64,000 nt of DNA from an uncultured Actinomycetes bacterium (lineage in GTDB: Bacteria; Actinomycetota; Acidimicrobiia; Acidimicrobiales; JACCXE01), in NCBI GenBank assembly GCA_963769985.1, contig CAVYNR010000012.1, forward strand, positions 162,135 through 226,134, written 5' to 3'. Within the stretch, counting starts at the first letter, position 1, and each line of letters opens with the position of its first letter. The notes under the pieces are model-generated. The model saw nothing but the letters and a program-made list of their open reading frames with translations. It was not told the DNA's origin and made no database searches. Of this stretch, positions 1-6,963 are shown piece by piece. Both the position numbers and the translations under genes were made by a program.

Positions 1-72
1 TGTCTGGTCGGCCGACGACGAGCCGGCATCGGTGACCTCGAAGGTGAACCCGTCGTTGGTGAACTCTTCCAT
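1..72 (-). CDS. 5' end (24 codons) of an unidentified gene running off the left edge
   Basis: ATG at 72-70 overlaps the TGA (74-72) of the upstream crotonase gene (ATGA coupling). Reads MEEFTNDGFTFEVTDAGSSSADQT. Too short for a functional call. Confidence 0.3.
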   Translation of the reverse strand, partial: MEEFTNDGFTFEVTDAGSSSADQT

Positions 73-812
73 CACTTCTTCCTTGGTGCGCCCATCCGCT
101 CGCGCATGTCGTCGGGGAGACCAAACGGCAGCGTGCGCTCGAACAGCAACGCCTCGCCACGCGTTTGGTGGGCCTGCGCGGCGAGGAGCGCCTTGTCGAT
201 GCGATTGGTCCCGGCGGAGTTACCCGCAATCTCTGCCGCCAATGCGTCGACGGCGAGGTCGAGCTCCGATTCGGGCATGACGTGATCGACCAAACCAATC
301 CTGCAGGCGTTATCGCCGCTGATACGCCGGCTGGTGAACATCAGCTCTTTGGCGCGTGAGCGACCGACTCGTTCGGGCAGCCGCACCGACATCCCCCACA
401 CCGGCACCAGGCCCCACTGCCCGTGCGTGTCGCCGAGCTGCGCGGACTCTGCGGCCATGAGGATGTCGCAACCGAGGGCGAGTTCAAGTCCACCGGTGTA
501 GCAGTGACCCTTGATTTTCGCGATGGTCGGCTTGGGCAATTGCTCGAGCGCGTCGACGGTCTCGGACTCGTAGTGGCGTGACGGCGCGTGCGTGCCCTCG
601 GCGATCGCGGTCAGATCGTGACCGGCGCAGAACGAGCGCCCGGCGCCGGTGAGAATCACGCAGCGCACGGAGTCGTCGGTGGCCAACGCGTCCAGGTGGC
701 CGCGCAGCGCCACAAACACGGCCGGCGTCAACGCGTTGAGCTTGTCCGGCCGGTTGAGCGTGAGCGTGCTCACGCCGTCGGCGTCGTCGCGCAACACCAA
801 TTCATCAGTCAT
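72..812 (-). CDS. enoyl-CoA hydratase/isomerase (crotonase) family protein
   Basis: ORF track 72..944. Start moved to ATG 812 (MTDELVLRDDADGVSTLTLNRPDKLNAL). Crotonase hallmarks ILTGAGRSFCAGHDL and YTGGLELALGCD. Confidence 0.85.
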   Translation of the reverse strand: MTDELVLRDDADGVSTLTLNRPDKLNALTPAVFVALRGHLDALATDDSVRCVILTGAGRSFCAGHDLTAIAEGTHAPSRHYESETVDALEQLPKPTIAKIKGHCYTGGLELALGCDILMAAESAQLGDTHGQWGLVPVWGMSVRLPERVGRSRAKELMFTSRRISGDNACRIGLVDHVMPESELDLAVDALAAEIAGNSAGTNRIDKALLAAQAHQTRGEALLFERTLPFGLPDDMRERMGAPRKK

Positions 813-822
813 GCGCCAGAAC

Positions 823-2454
823 CTACGTCTTGGCTTGGCGACGCAACCAGGCGGCGGCCGTAGCCGCGGCGGCCGCCGCGACACCGGCGATCGGGGTGGA
901 GGTTCCACCCGTCGCCGGGATGGTGTCGACGGGTTGGGGCGCACGCGCCGCTCCTCGTGCCGCGGCCGCGCTCTGTAAACCCGACAGGTCGCGAGTCACG
1001 ACGCTGTTGCGATCAGCCGTGTTGCCGAACAGATACAGCGGTCCGGAACCGAGGTACTCAGGACGGGTGCGCTCGGACCACTCTTGCGCCAACGTGCCCT
1101 TGAACTTGTAGAAGTTCATCGCATAGCCACCCGTGTGCACGCGCAAGAGATGAAAGCCGCCGGGATACTCCTTGACCGCCGCCACTTCTTGGAACACCAC
1201 GCCCGGCGCGGTCGGCGAAATAGCTCTCTTGTTGCGGTGTGTATGACCAGCGTGGTGCAAGAAGACGCCGGGGTGAGCGGCGTATAGGTCCTCGAGCTGG
1301 CGGGCTTGTTGCAGGTCGAGGCCGTAGACGACGGGCGGAACGGCATTGAGCGTCGCGTCGAGCGGAACGGGATGATGACCGAACACGATCGTCGGCTGGT
1401 CCTTGTTGCGCGCCAACTCGCTGCGCACGAAGTCGAACTGCCCGGCGCTTAACGAGCCGGAGAACGAGCCGTTGCCGATCGTGTCGTAGGTATCGAGCCC
1501 GAGCAGCCGCAGACCGAACTTCTCCTTCGAAAACCACGTTCGGCCGTCGACGGCGAACTCGTCGTGGAAGCAGTCGTGGTACGAGCCGTCGGCCGGCGAC
1601 GCGCTGCAGGAGGCGGACTCCTCGTTGTCGTGCACGCGATCGTGGTTTCCGCGGGTGACGAAGTAGTCGACCCCGCCCTCACCGAACGCGTCGAGGTAGG
1701 CGCGGGCGGTGTGCGAATCGATCTGGCTCGCTTCACTGGTGACGTCACCGGCGACGAGCAGCACGTCGGCACCGCGGGCGCGCGACTCCTTGCCGAGCGC
1801 CTCGGCCATTAGCTCCGCGTAGGGAGGTGCGCCTGGGAGCTGCGTGATACCCGGCGGAATCCCGACGCCCCCCTGGGTCGTGATCAGACCGGCGACGGTT
1901 TCGCCGAGGTGCATGTCGTTGCACAACGCGATGCTGAAGAGGTGCGCGCCCGGCGGCGGGAGCGGTGCGGTGAAGATCATCGGCAACGCCGGCGCGTTGA
2001 GCCCCGACGTGCCAAGGGGATTGCCGAGCCCGTTGATGGCCGATAGCGCCGGTACGCCGCCCGACTGTGCGATGGCGCTGTAGGTCTGGCCGGGCTCGAG
2101 GCCGGTCAGTTCGACATAGTGATACGCGGTCGGTGTGGCGTCGTAGTGCACCTGCCGCGGGGTGCCACCGAGGGTGGTGAGCAACACTTCCGTGTCGCTT
2201 GGCATCGGCGCCAGCCGCCCCATCGCGTCGATGCGTGTCGGGTCACCGGTGAACCACGTGAGGATGGCGGTGGTCTCGGTCAGCGTGACGAGTTCGAGGT
2301 GGAGGGGCAGCGCCGGGTTGGCGGCCACCTGCGCGGTGAGCCCGTACGCGTGGGGCATGTCGTCGAGCGCGGCGAGGATCGGCGTGGCCGCGACGACGCC
2401 CGCCCATTGCAGGAGTTGGCGCCGCGTGAAATGGCAGCAAGGGCGCGCGTTCAA
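823..2454 (-). CDS. Tat-exported calcineurin-like metallophosphoesterase with C-terminal LPXTG-like sorting signal
   Basis: ORF 823..2505. Likely TTG start at 2454 overlapping the upstream TGA (TTGA). Twin-arginine motif TRRQLLQWAGVVAA. Metallophosphoesterase motifs CNDMHLGE, VAGDVT, RGNHD, GHHP, GHTHRN. Tail is TIPATGG + hydrophobic stretch + RRQAKT. Confidence 0.8.
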   Translation of the reverse strand: MNARPCCHFTRRQLLQWAGVVAATPILAALDDMPHAYGLTAQVAANPALPLHLELVTLTETTAILTWFTGDPTRIDAMGRLAPMPSDTEVLLTTLGGTPRQVHYDATPTAYHYVELTGLEPGQTYSAIAQSGGVPALSAINGLGNPLGTSGLNAPALPMIFTAPLPPPGAHLFSIALCNDMHLGETVAGLITTQGGVGIPPGITQLPGAPPYAELMAEALGKESRARGADVLLVAGDVTSEASQIDSHTARAYLDAFGEGGVDYFVTRGNHDRVHDNEESASCSASPADGSYHDCFHDEFAVDGRTWFSKEKFGLRLLGLDTYDTIGNGSFSGSLSAGQFDFVRSELARNKDQPTIVFGHHPVPLDATLNAVPPVVYGLDLQQARQLEDLYAAHPGVFLHHAGHTHRNKRAISPTAPGVVFQEVAAVKEYPGGFHLLRVHTGGYAMNFYKFKGTLAQEWSERTRPEYLGSGPLYLFGNTADRNSVVTRDLSGLQSAAAARGAARAPQPVDTIPATGGTSTPIAGVAAAAAATAAAWLRRQAKT

Positions 2455-3299
2455 ACCGGCTGGCCGCCGCGCAGCACCGCGAACTGCCGATCGGGATCGT
2501 CGCAACCCTCAGTGCCGGTCGGCGCGGCGCCAGACTGCCAGTCGCCCTGGACGCGCTGCATACCTACCGGGCCGTACTGGACGATGTACGCCTTGCGCGC
2601 CGAGTCGGTGAGGTTCGGGCCGGTCTGATGGGGCGTGAGCGACGAGAAGACGACGGCGCCGCCCGCCGGCACTTCCGCCGGCACACCGCCCAACGGCGCG
2701 TCGAGGCACTGCCAGCCGATCGGATCGACCCAGCGGTGCAACAGCGTGCCCGTGCGATGCACCCCGGGAAGAATCCACGGACAGCCGTTGTCGACGGTGG
2801 CGTCGTTGAGGGCAACCCAGCACGTCAAGTAGTGCTGCGGGCGCGTGAACGTGTAGCCGGTGTCCTGGTGCCACGGGAACGGGCGCGGCTTGTCCGGCTT
2901 CTTGTAGACCGCCTGATCCCAGTAGAGATTGACGTCGGGACCAAGCAACTCGTTGCAGAGCGCGAGGAGCTTCGGGTTCTTCACGAAGGCGCGCGCCGCC
3001 GCCGAACGCGTGACGCAGTGCACGGTGAAGGTGATGGCACCCGCCTCCGCGATGTTGGCCCGACCGTTGTCCTGCTTGGCCAACCACGCTTCGGTCTTTC
3101 GCTCCAAGTCGTCAAGTTCCGCGACTAGCGGCGCCAATTCCTCCGCAGTCGCGACGTCGGAAACAATCACATATCCGTCGCGCTCGAACTGGACACGTTG
3201 GTCGGCAGACAAGATCCGGGACGCAGCCTCAGGGAGCTGCCACGTGAAGTCGTCGTTCCATGGATGAATGCGGGCCCCAGGCGGCAGCGTCGCTGTCAC
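2451..3299 (-). CDS. phytanoyl-CoA dioxygenase (PhyH) family Fe(II)/2-oxoglutarate oxygenase
   Basis: 282 aa ORF. PhyH-like layout with FPWHQDTGY (H-x-D) and a distal His region (VVFSSLTPHQTGPN). Confidence 0.75.
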   Translation of the reverse strand: MTATLPPGARIHPWNDDFTWQLPEAASRILSADQRVQFERDGYVIVSDVATAEELAPLVAELDDLERKTEAWLAKQDNGRANIAEAGAITFTVHCVTRSAAARAFVKNPKLLALCNELLGPDVNLYWDQAVYKKPDKPRPFPWHQDTGYTFTRPQHYLTCWVALNDATVDNGCPWILPGVHRTGTLLHRWVDPIGWQCLDAPLGGVPAEVPAGGAVVFSSLTPHQTGPNLTDSARKAYIVQYGPVGMQRVQGDWQSGAAPTGTEGCDDPDRQFAVLRGGQPV

Positions 3300-3308
3300 G
3301 CCCCAAAC

Positions 3309-4127
3309 CTACGCGGACCAGCGGGCGCGCAGCCGGTCCGCCATCCACTGACAGATGTCGTCGCGGTCGCCCGCGCCGGGCGGCTCGTAGGGCGCCGGCC
3401 CGAACTCGGGCACGACCGTGAGCCCGTCGCCCCGCTCGCAGGCGGCGGCGTAGATCTGATCGAAGAAGCCGTCGAACTTCGCGACAGCTTCGGCGCCGTC
3501 AGGATCGCGCGGGTCGCGCACCTGAGGCATCTCGGGCGTGCCGACGCGGGCGTCGATGTGCAGCGTGCGGGCGGCGCACCGTTCGAGGATGTCGCTCTCG
3601 AAGTCGAGATAGCGCTCAGCCACGATCACCCAGTGGCTGTAATCCGAAGCCAGCCAGATGTCCGGGAGTCGATCGAGCACGCGGCTCGCCGCCCAGGGGT
3701 GAAAGAGGATGCAGCTGCGGTGCGTCTCATGCGCGAGGCGCAGACCTGAGTCGGCTTCGACTTTGGCGATGCCGTTGAAGTACTCGTCGACCTGCTGGTC
3801 GGAGAAGTGATCAGCGCCGCTCTGCACGATCACCCACGGCGTACCGAACGCGGCCGAAAGGTCCACCGCCCGCTTGGCCCAGTCGAGGTGATCGGCGACG
3901 GTGCGACCGAAGGTGTGCGCCCGCGCCAGGAACCGCAGGCCGTGATCCTCGACGATCTTGCGGGCGTGGTCGACGGCGTCGCCGAACATCAGCGGGTTGG
4001 TCTCGACACCGACGAAGCCGCGGCGCACCGTCTCGGCGCACACCTCCGGCCACGTGGCGATGTCCCCGGCAAAGGGGCCCCACATGGAACGGTAGAAATC
4101 GACGGTCAGCGCCACAGCGGCATCCAA
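3309..4127 (-). CDS. sugar phosphate isomerase/epimerase (xylose-isomerase-like TIM barrel) family protein
   Basis: 272 aa ORF. Motifs LRLAHETHR and SDYSHW are typical of the AP-endonuclease-2/xylose-isomerase-like TIM barrel. First gene of the minus-strand operon 4127->72. Confidence 0.65.
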   Translation of the reverse strand: MDAAVALTVDFYRSMWGPFAGDIATWPEVCAETVRRGFVGVETNPLMFGDAVDHARKIVEDHGLRFLARAHTFGRTVADHLDWAKRAVDLSAAFGTPWVIVQSGADHFSDQQVDEYFNGIAKVEADSGLRLAHETHRSCILFHPWAASRVLDRLPDIWLASDYSHWVIVAERYLDFESDILERCAARTLHIDARVGTPEMPQVRDPRDPDGAEAVAKFDGFFDQIYAAACERGDGLTVVPEFGPAPYEPPGAGDRDDICQWMADRLRARWSA

Positions 4128-4141
4128 GCACGGAAAATGAA

Positions 4142-4169
4142 AAAGGCTGCGGCTTGCGCCGCAGCCTTT
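4142..4169 (-). terminator. intrinsic terminator hairpin downstream of the repeat-protein gene
   Basis: Perfect 12-bp stem AAAGGCTGCGGC / GCCGCAGCCTTT with 4-nt loop. On the minus strand the stem is followed by TTTTTCATTTTCC. Lies 22 nt after the stop at 4191. Confidence 0.65.
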
Positions 4170-4190
4170 CTCGCTAGATCAGTGGGTCGA

Positions 4191-4811
4191 TCAGCCTTGT
4201 CCGTCCGCGACCGCCTCGTTGAATGTCGAGATCGTCGTGGACGTGGTGCTCGAACTCGTAGTCGTCGGGAACAGGCAGTGCGGGAACGGCTGGCACGGCA
4301 CGAAGGTCGGCAGCGTGACGCTTGGCAGCGTGACCGGCGGCAACGTGACGTTGGGCAGCGTCACACTCGGCAGCGTCGGCAGGGTGAGGCCGGGAAGCGA
4401 CGGCGCCGGGATGCACGGGATCGTCACGTTGGGCAACGTCACGCTCGGCAACGTGACCGGCGGCAACGTGACGCTCGGCAAGGTCACACTCGGCAACGTG
4501 ACGCTCGGCAACGTCACGTTCGGCAACGTCACACTCGGCAACGTGACCGGCGGCAACGTCACGTTCGGCAGCGTCACGTTCGGCAACGTCGGCAGCGTGG
4601 GCAGATTCCCGACGACCTTCGGGCTGACCTTGCCCGAACGCTTGGCCCCGATGGTGGTGTACGTCGAGGGCGGCGCTGTAGAGGGCGGTGGGCAGAAGGT
4701 CTTTGCCTTTGCAGCGGGCTGGCCGCTGAACGAGAGCCCCGGCGCAATGATGAATGCAGCGGCGGCGACCCCGAGGGTCACCAGAACGGGTTTCATGAAA
4801 CGACGGATCAT
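4191..4811 (-). CDS. secreted protein built from tandem LPxVT pentapeptide units
   Basis: 206 aa ORF. N-terminal signal-like MIRRFMKPVLVTLGVAAAAFIIAPG. About 15 canonical LP(S/N/P)VT units in two blocks (11 + 4). S/T-rich C-terminus. Confidence 0.7.
   Translation of the reverse strand: MIRRFMKPVLVTLGVAAAAFIIAPGLSFSGQPAAKAKTFCPPPSTAPPSTYTTIGAKRSGKVSPKVVGNLPTLPTLPNVTLPNVTLPPVTLPSVTLPNVTLPSVTLPSVTLPSVTLPPVTLPSVTLPNVTIPCIPAPSLPGLTLPTLPSVTLPNVTLPPVTLPSVTLPTFVPCQPFPHCLFPTTTSSSTTSTTISTFNEAVADGQG
4316..4612 (-). repeat. 15-nt tandem coding repeat (LPxVT units)
   Basis: Plus strand shows reiterated gtgacgctcggcaac / gtcacgttcggcaac / gtcacactcggcaac variants with strict 15-nt period. Lies inside CDS 4191..4811. 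Confidence 0.85.
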
Positions 4812-4892
4812 TGCGCGATTGCCTCCAGAAACGGGCGAGCCCCGGTATTGCGGCGAGAGACTAGCAACACCGAGGCTTCTGGCGTGGATTGG

Positions 4893-4915
4893 TTGTCACA
4901 CCCCCGTGACACACT
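4893..4915 (+). promoter_or_regulatory. TTGTCACAC-N8-CACACT element upstream of rpsF-ssb operon
   Basis: TTGTCACAC (4893-4901), 8-nt spacer CCCCGTGA, hexamer CACACT (4910-4915). Also part of the inverted repeat TGTCAC-ACCCCC-GTGACA. About 130 nt upstream of rpsF ATG. Same architecture at 6827, 16055(-) and 50716. Confidence 0.45.
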
Positions 4916-5041
4916 CCGCCGTAGGCGATTGCGGCTCGCGTCGACTACAGTCGCCCGGTTCCAAAAACTGAATACACCCCTGCCCCGCCAACGTGGTGGG
5001 GCCCCGAGCCGAGAGGCCGGGTCCAGAGGAGGTAGCCGCGT

Positions 5042-5434
5042 ATGCGGGCTTACGAAGTAGTAGTCATTTTCGACGCCACACTTGAGGAAGAGGCCATCCG
5101 GCCCGTTCTCGACCGTGCCACAGCGTCGCTCATCAAGGACGGCGCCAAGGTGACCACCGACCGGTGGGGCAAGCGGCGCTTTGCGTATGAGCTCAAGCAC
5201 CGCTGGGAGGGCAACTACGTCCTTCTCGCCTTCACGACCGAATCGGTGGAGAAGGTGTCGGAGCTCGACCGGGTTCTCTACCTCGCCGACGAAGTCCTGC
5301 GCCACAAGGTGATGCGGATTCCGGACAAGGTGGCGGGTCGCGAGCGGCCCACCCGTCCGGCCGAAACCGTCCCCGAAGCGGCGCCGGCGACTACAGGCGA
5401 TCCGGTTGGAGTCGCCACAGGAGAAGAGTCATGA
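5042..5434 (+). CDS. rpsF: 30S ribosomal protein S6
   Basis: [19 protein letters not shown]...[29 protein letters not shown] 7 nt upstream of the ATG. Followed by ssb-rpsR-rplI. Confidence 0.95.
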   Translation: MRAYEVVVIFDATLEEEAIRPVLDRATASLIKDGAKVTTDRWGKRRFAYELKHRWEGNYVLLAFTTESVEKVSELDRVLYLADEVLRHKVMRIPDKVAGRERPTRPAETVPEAAPATTGDPVGVATGEES

Positions 5435-5895
5435 GCAACGGAAACAGCGTCACCCTCGTAGGCAACATCACCCGCGATCCCGAACTGCGGTTCACGCCCG
5501 CTGGTCAGGCAAACGCCACGTTCGGCATTGCCGTCAACCGCCGGTGGCAGAACCGTCAGACCAACGAGTGGGAAGAGAAGCGTCTCGTTCTTCAACGTCG
5601 TGTGCTGGCGCGAGATGGCCGAGAACGCAGCCGAGTCGTTGAACAAGGGCATGCGCGGTCTGGTGACTGGTCGCCTCGAGCAGCGCTCGTGGGAAACCCA
5701 GGAAGGCGAGAAGCGCACGGTCGTCGAGGTCGTGGCCGACGAGATCGGCCCGAGCCTGCGTTGGGCCTCGGCATCGGTCACCCGTAACGAGCGTCGCAAG
5801 CGGCGACGCCGGCCGGTGCCGGAGCAGCCGCCCCCGCACCCAACGAAGACTTCGGCAGCGCCGGAAGCTTCAGCAACGACGAGGAGCCCTTCTAA
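5431..5895 (+). pseudogene. ssb: single-stranded DNA-binding protein, reading frame interrupted twice as sequenced
   Basis: Frame 1 gives [50 protein letters not shown]. Frame 2 gives [72 protein letters not shown]. Frame 1 returns for ...[26 protein letters not shown]-stop (5893-5895). Shifts near 5580 and 5795. Confidence 0.85.
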
Positions 5896-6380
5896 TGGCG
5901 CGTGACCAGCGCGATCGCGACCGGAAGCGCAACCCGAAGGACACCGGTCGCCGCATCAAGAAGAAGGTCTGCCAGTTCTGCAAGGACCAGACCGTGTGGG
6001 TCGACTACAAGGACGTCCACGTGCTGCGGAAGTTCATGAGCGACCGCGGCAAGATCCGCACTCGCCGCGTGAGCGGCAACTGCGTGCAGCATCAACGCGA
6101 TGTCGCGATTGCGATCAAGACCTCACGCGAGCTCGCACTGCTCCCCTACGCCCAGCGCACGCTCAGCGAGCGCGGCGGCGGCCGGGGTGGTGGCGGTCGC
6201 GGTGGTCCCCGTCGTGACGGCCCGCGCCGCGACGACATGGATGCGCCCACGCTCAGTGACACCGCCGAGCCCGACGTGCTCGACGCGTTGCTCGAAGACG
6301 CCGAAGGCGTCGGTGACCAAGCCCCCGTCGACGACGTGGCCGACGCAGTCGACGCGGCAGATGTGGAGGGCGACGAATGA
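5895..6380 (+). CDS. rpsR: 30S ribosomal protein S18 with long Gly/Arg then acidic C-terminal extension
   Basis: [64 protein letters not shown] is the S18 core. It is followed by about 70 extra residues. ATG overlaps the ssb stop (TAATG). Confidence 0.9.
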   Translation: MARDQRDRDRKRNPKDTGRRIKKKVCQFCKDQTVWVDYKDVHVLRKFMSDRGKIRTRRVSGNCVQHQRDVAIAIKTSRELALLPYAQRTLSERGGGRGGGGRGGPRRDGPRRDDMDAPTLSDTAEPDVLDALLEDAEGVGDQAPVDDVADAVDAADVEGDE

Positions 6381-6823
6381 AGGTTGTCCTTCGCAACGAC
6401 GTAGAAGACGTCGGCAAGCGCGGCGACATGGTCGAGGTGGCCGACGGTTTCGCCCGCAACTTCCTGATCCCGGGTGGCCAGGCGATCGCGGCCACCAACG
6501 GCATCAAGGCCCAGGCGGAGTCGATGCGTCGCAAGCGCGACCTGTCCGACGCCAAAGACCGTGAGGCCGCCGAGGTCGTGGCGCGCACCCTGGTGCCCGC
6601 AGTGATCAAGATCACGGCGAAGGTCGGCGCCGAAGGCAAGCTCTTCGGTTCCGTCACCACCGCCGAGATCGCCGCCGCCGTGCACGAGCAGACCGGCGTC
6701 GAACTCGACCGCCGCAAGCTTCACCTCAACGAGGCGATCAAATCCGCCGGCACGCACGAAATCCCGGTGCAACTGCACGGCGACGTCAAGTTCCAGATCA
6801 CCGTCGAGGTCACCGGCAGCTAA
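6377..6823 (+). CDS. rplI: 50S ribosomal protein L9
   Basis: [40 protein letters not shown] overlap with rpsR. Confidence 0.95.
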   Translation: MKVVLRNDVEDVGKRGDMVEVADGFARNFLIPGGQAIAATNGIKAQAESMRRKRDLSDAKDREAAEVVARTLVPAVIKITAKVGAEGKLFGSVTTAEIAAAVHEQTGVELDRRKLHLNEAIKSAGTHEIPVQLHGDVKFQITVEVTGS

Positions 6824-6826
6824 GGG

Positions 6827-6849
6827 TTGTCACACCGTCTCCGTACGGT
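6827..6849 (+). promoter_or_regulatory. TTGTCACAC-N8-TACGGT element upstream of dnaB
   Basis: TTGTCACAC (6827-6835), spacer CGTCTCCG, hexamer TACGGT (fits TAnnnT, 6844-6849). About 115 nt upstream of the dnaB start. Confidence 0.5.
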
Positions 6850-6861
6850 GACGGCATGAGG

Positions 6862-6901
6862 CCTGTGGATGACATAGCGAGTTCACCCGGCGTTCTCCAC
6901 A
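6862..6901. promoter_or_regulatory. two DnaA-box-like 9-mers in the dnaB leader
   Basis: CCTGTGGATGAC (6862-6873, reverse complement TCATCCACA) is identical to the 12-mer at 49059-49070 upstream of dnaA. TTCTCCACA at 6893-6901 also occurs (inverted) at 49233-49241. Confidence 0.45.
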
Positions 6902-6963
6902 AGGAATCCCCTTGTATTGGGGCTACCACCTCACAGGGTGAATAGGCGACGCTGCGGGTCCCC

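Noticed and set aside
4316-4612. Regular 15-nt periodicity that could be mistaken for a CRISPR-like or minisatellite array
   Set aside because: There are no unique spacers between the units. The period is far shorter than CRISPR repeats, and the region is in frame within a signal-peptide-bearing ORF. It is a coding tandem repeat.
4920-5041. Possible S6:S18-binding autoregulatory leader upstream of rpsF
   Set aside because: Only a weak local hairpin around the start codon (CCGC GTAT GCGG) is visible. I cannot verify the rRNA-mimic structure without folding or a covariance-model search.
3807-5060. 417-aa plus-strand ORF, extremely Arg-rich (RQRDARQRH... repeats)
   Set aside because: It lies antisense to the TIM-barrel gene and to the LPxVT repeat gene. 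Its periodic Arg/Gln text is just the reverse-complement reading of the 15-nt repeat. Its composition is not protein-like. This is a shadow ORF typical of GC-rich DNA.
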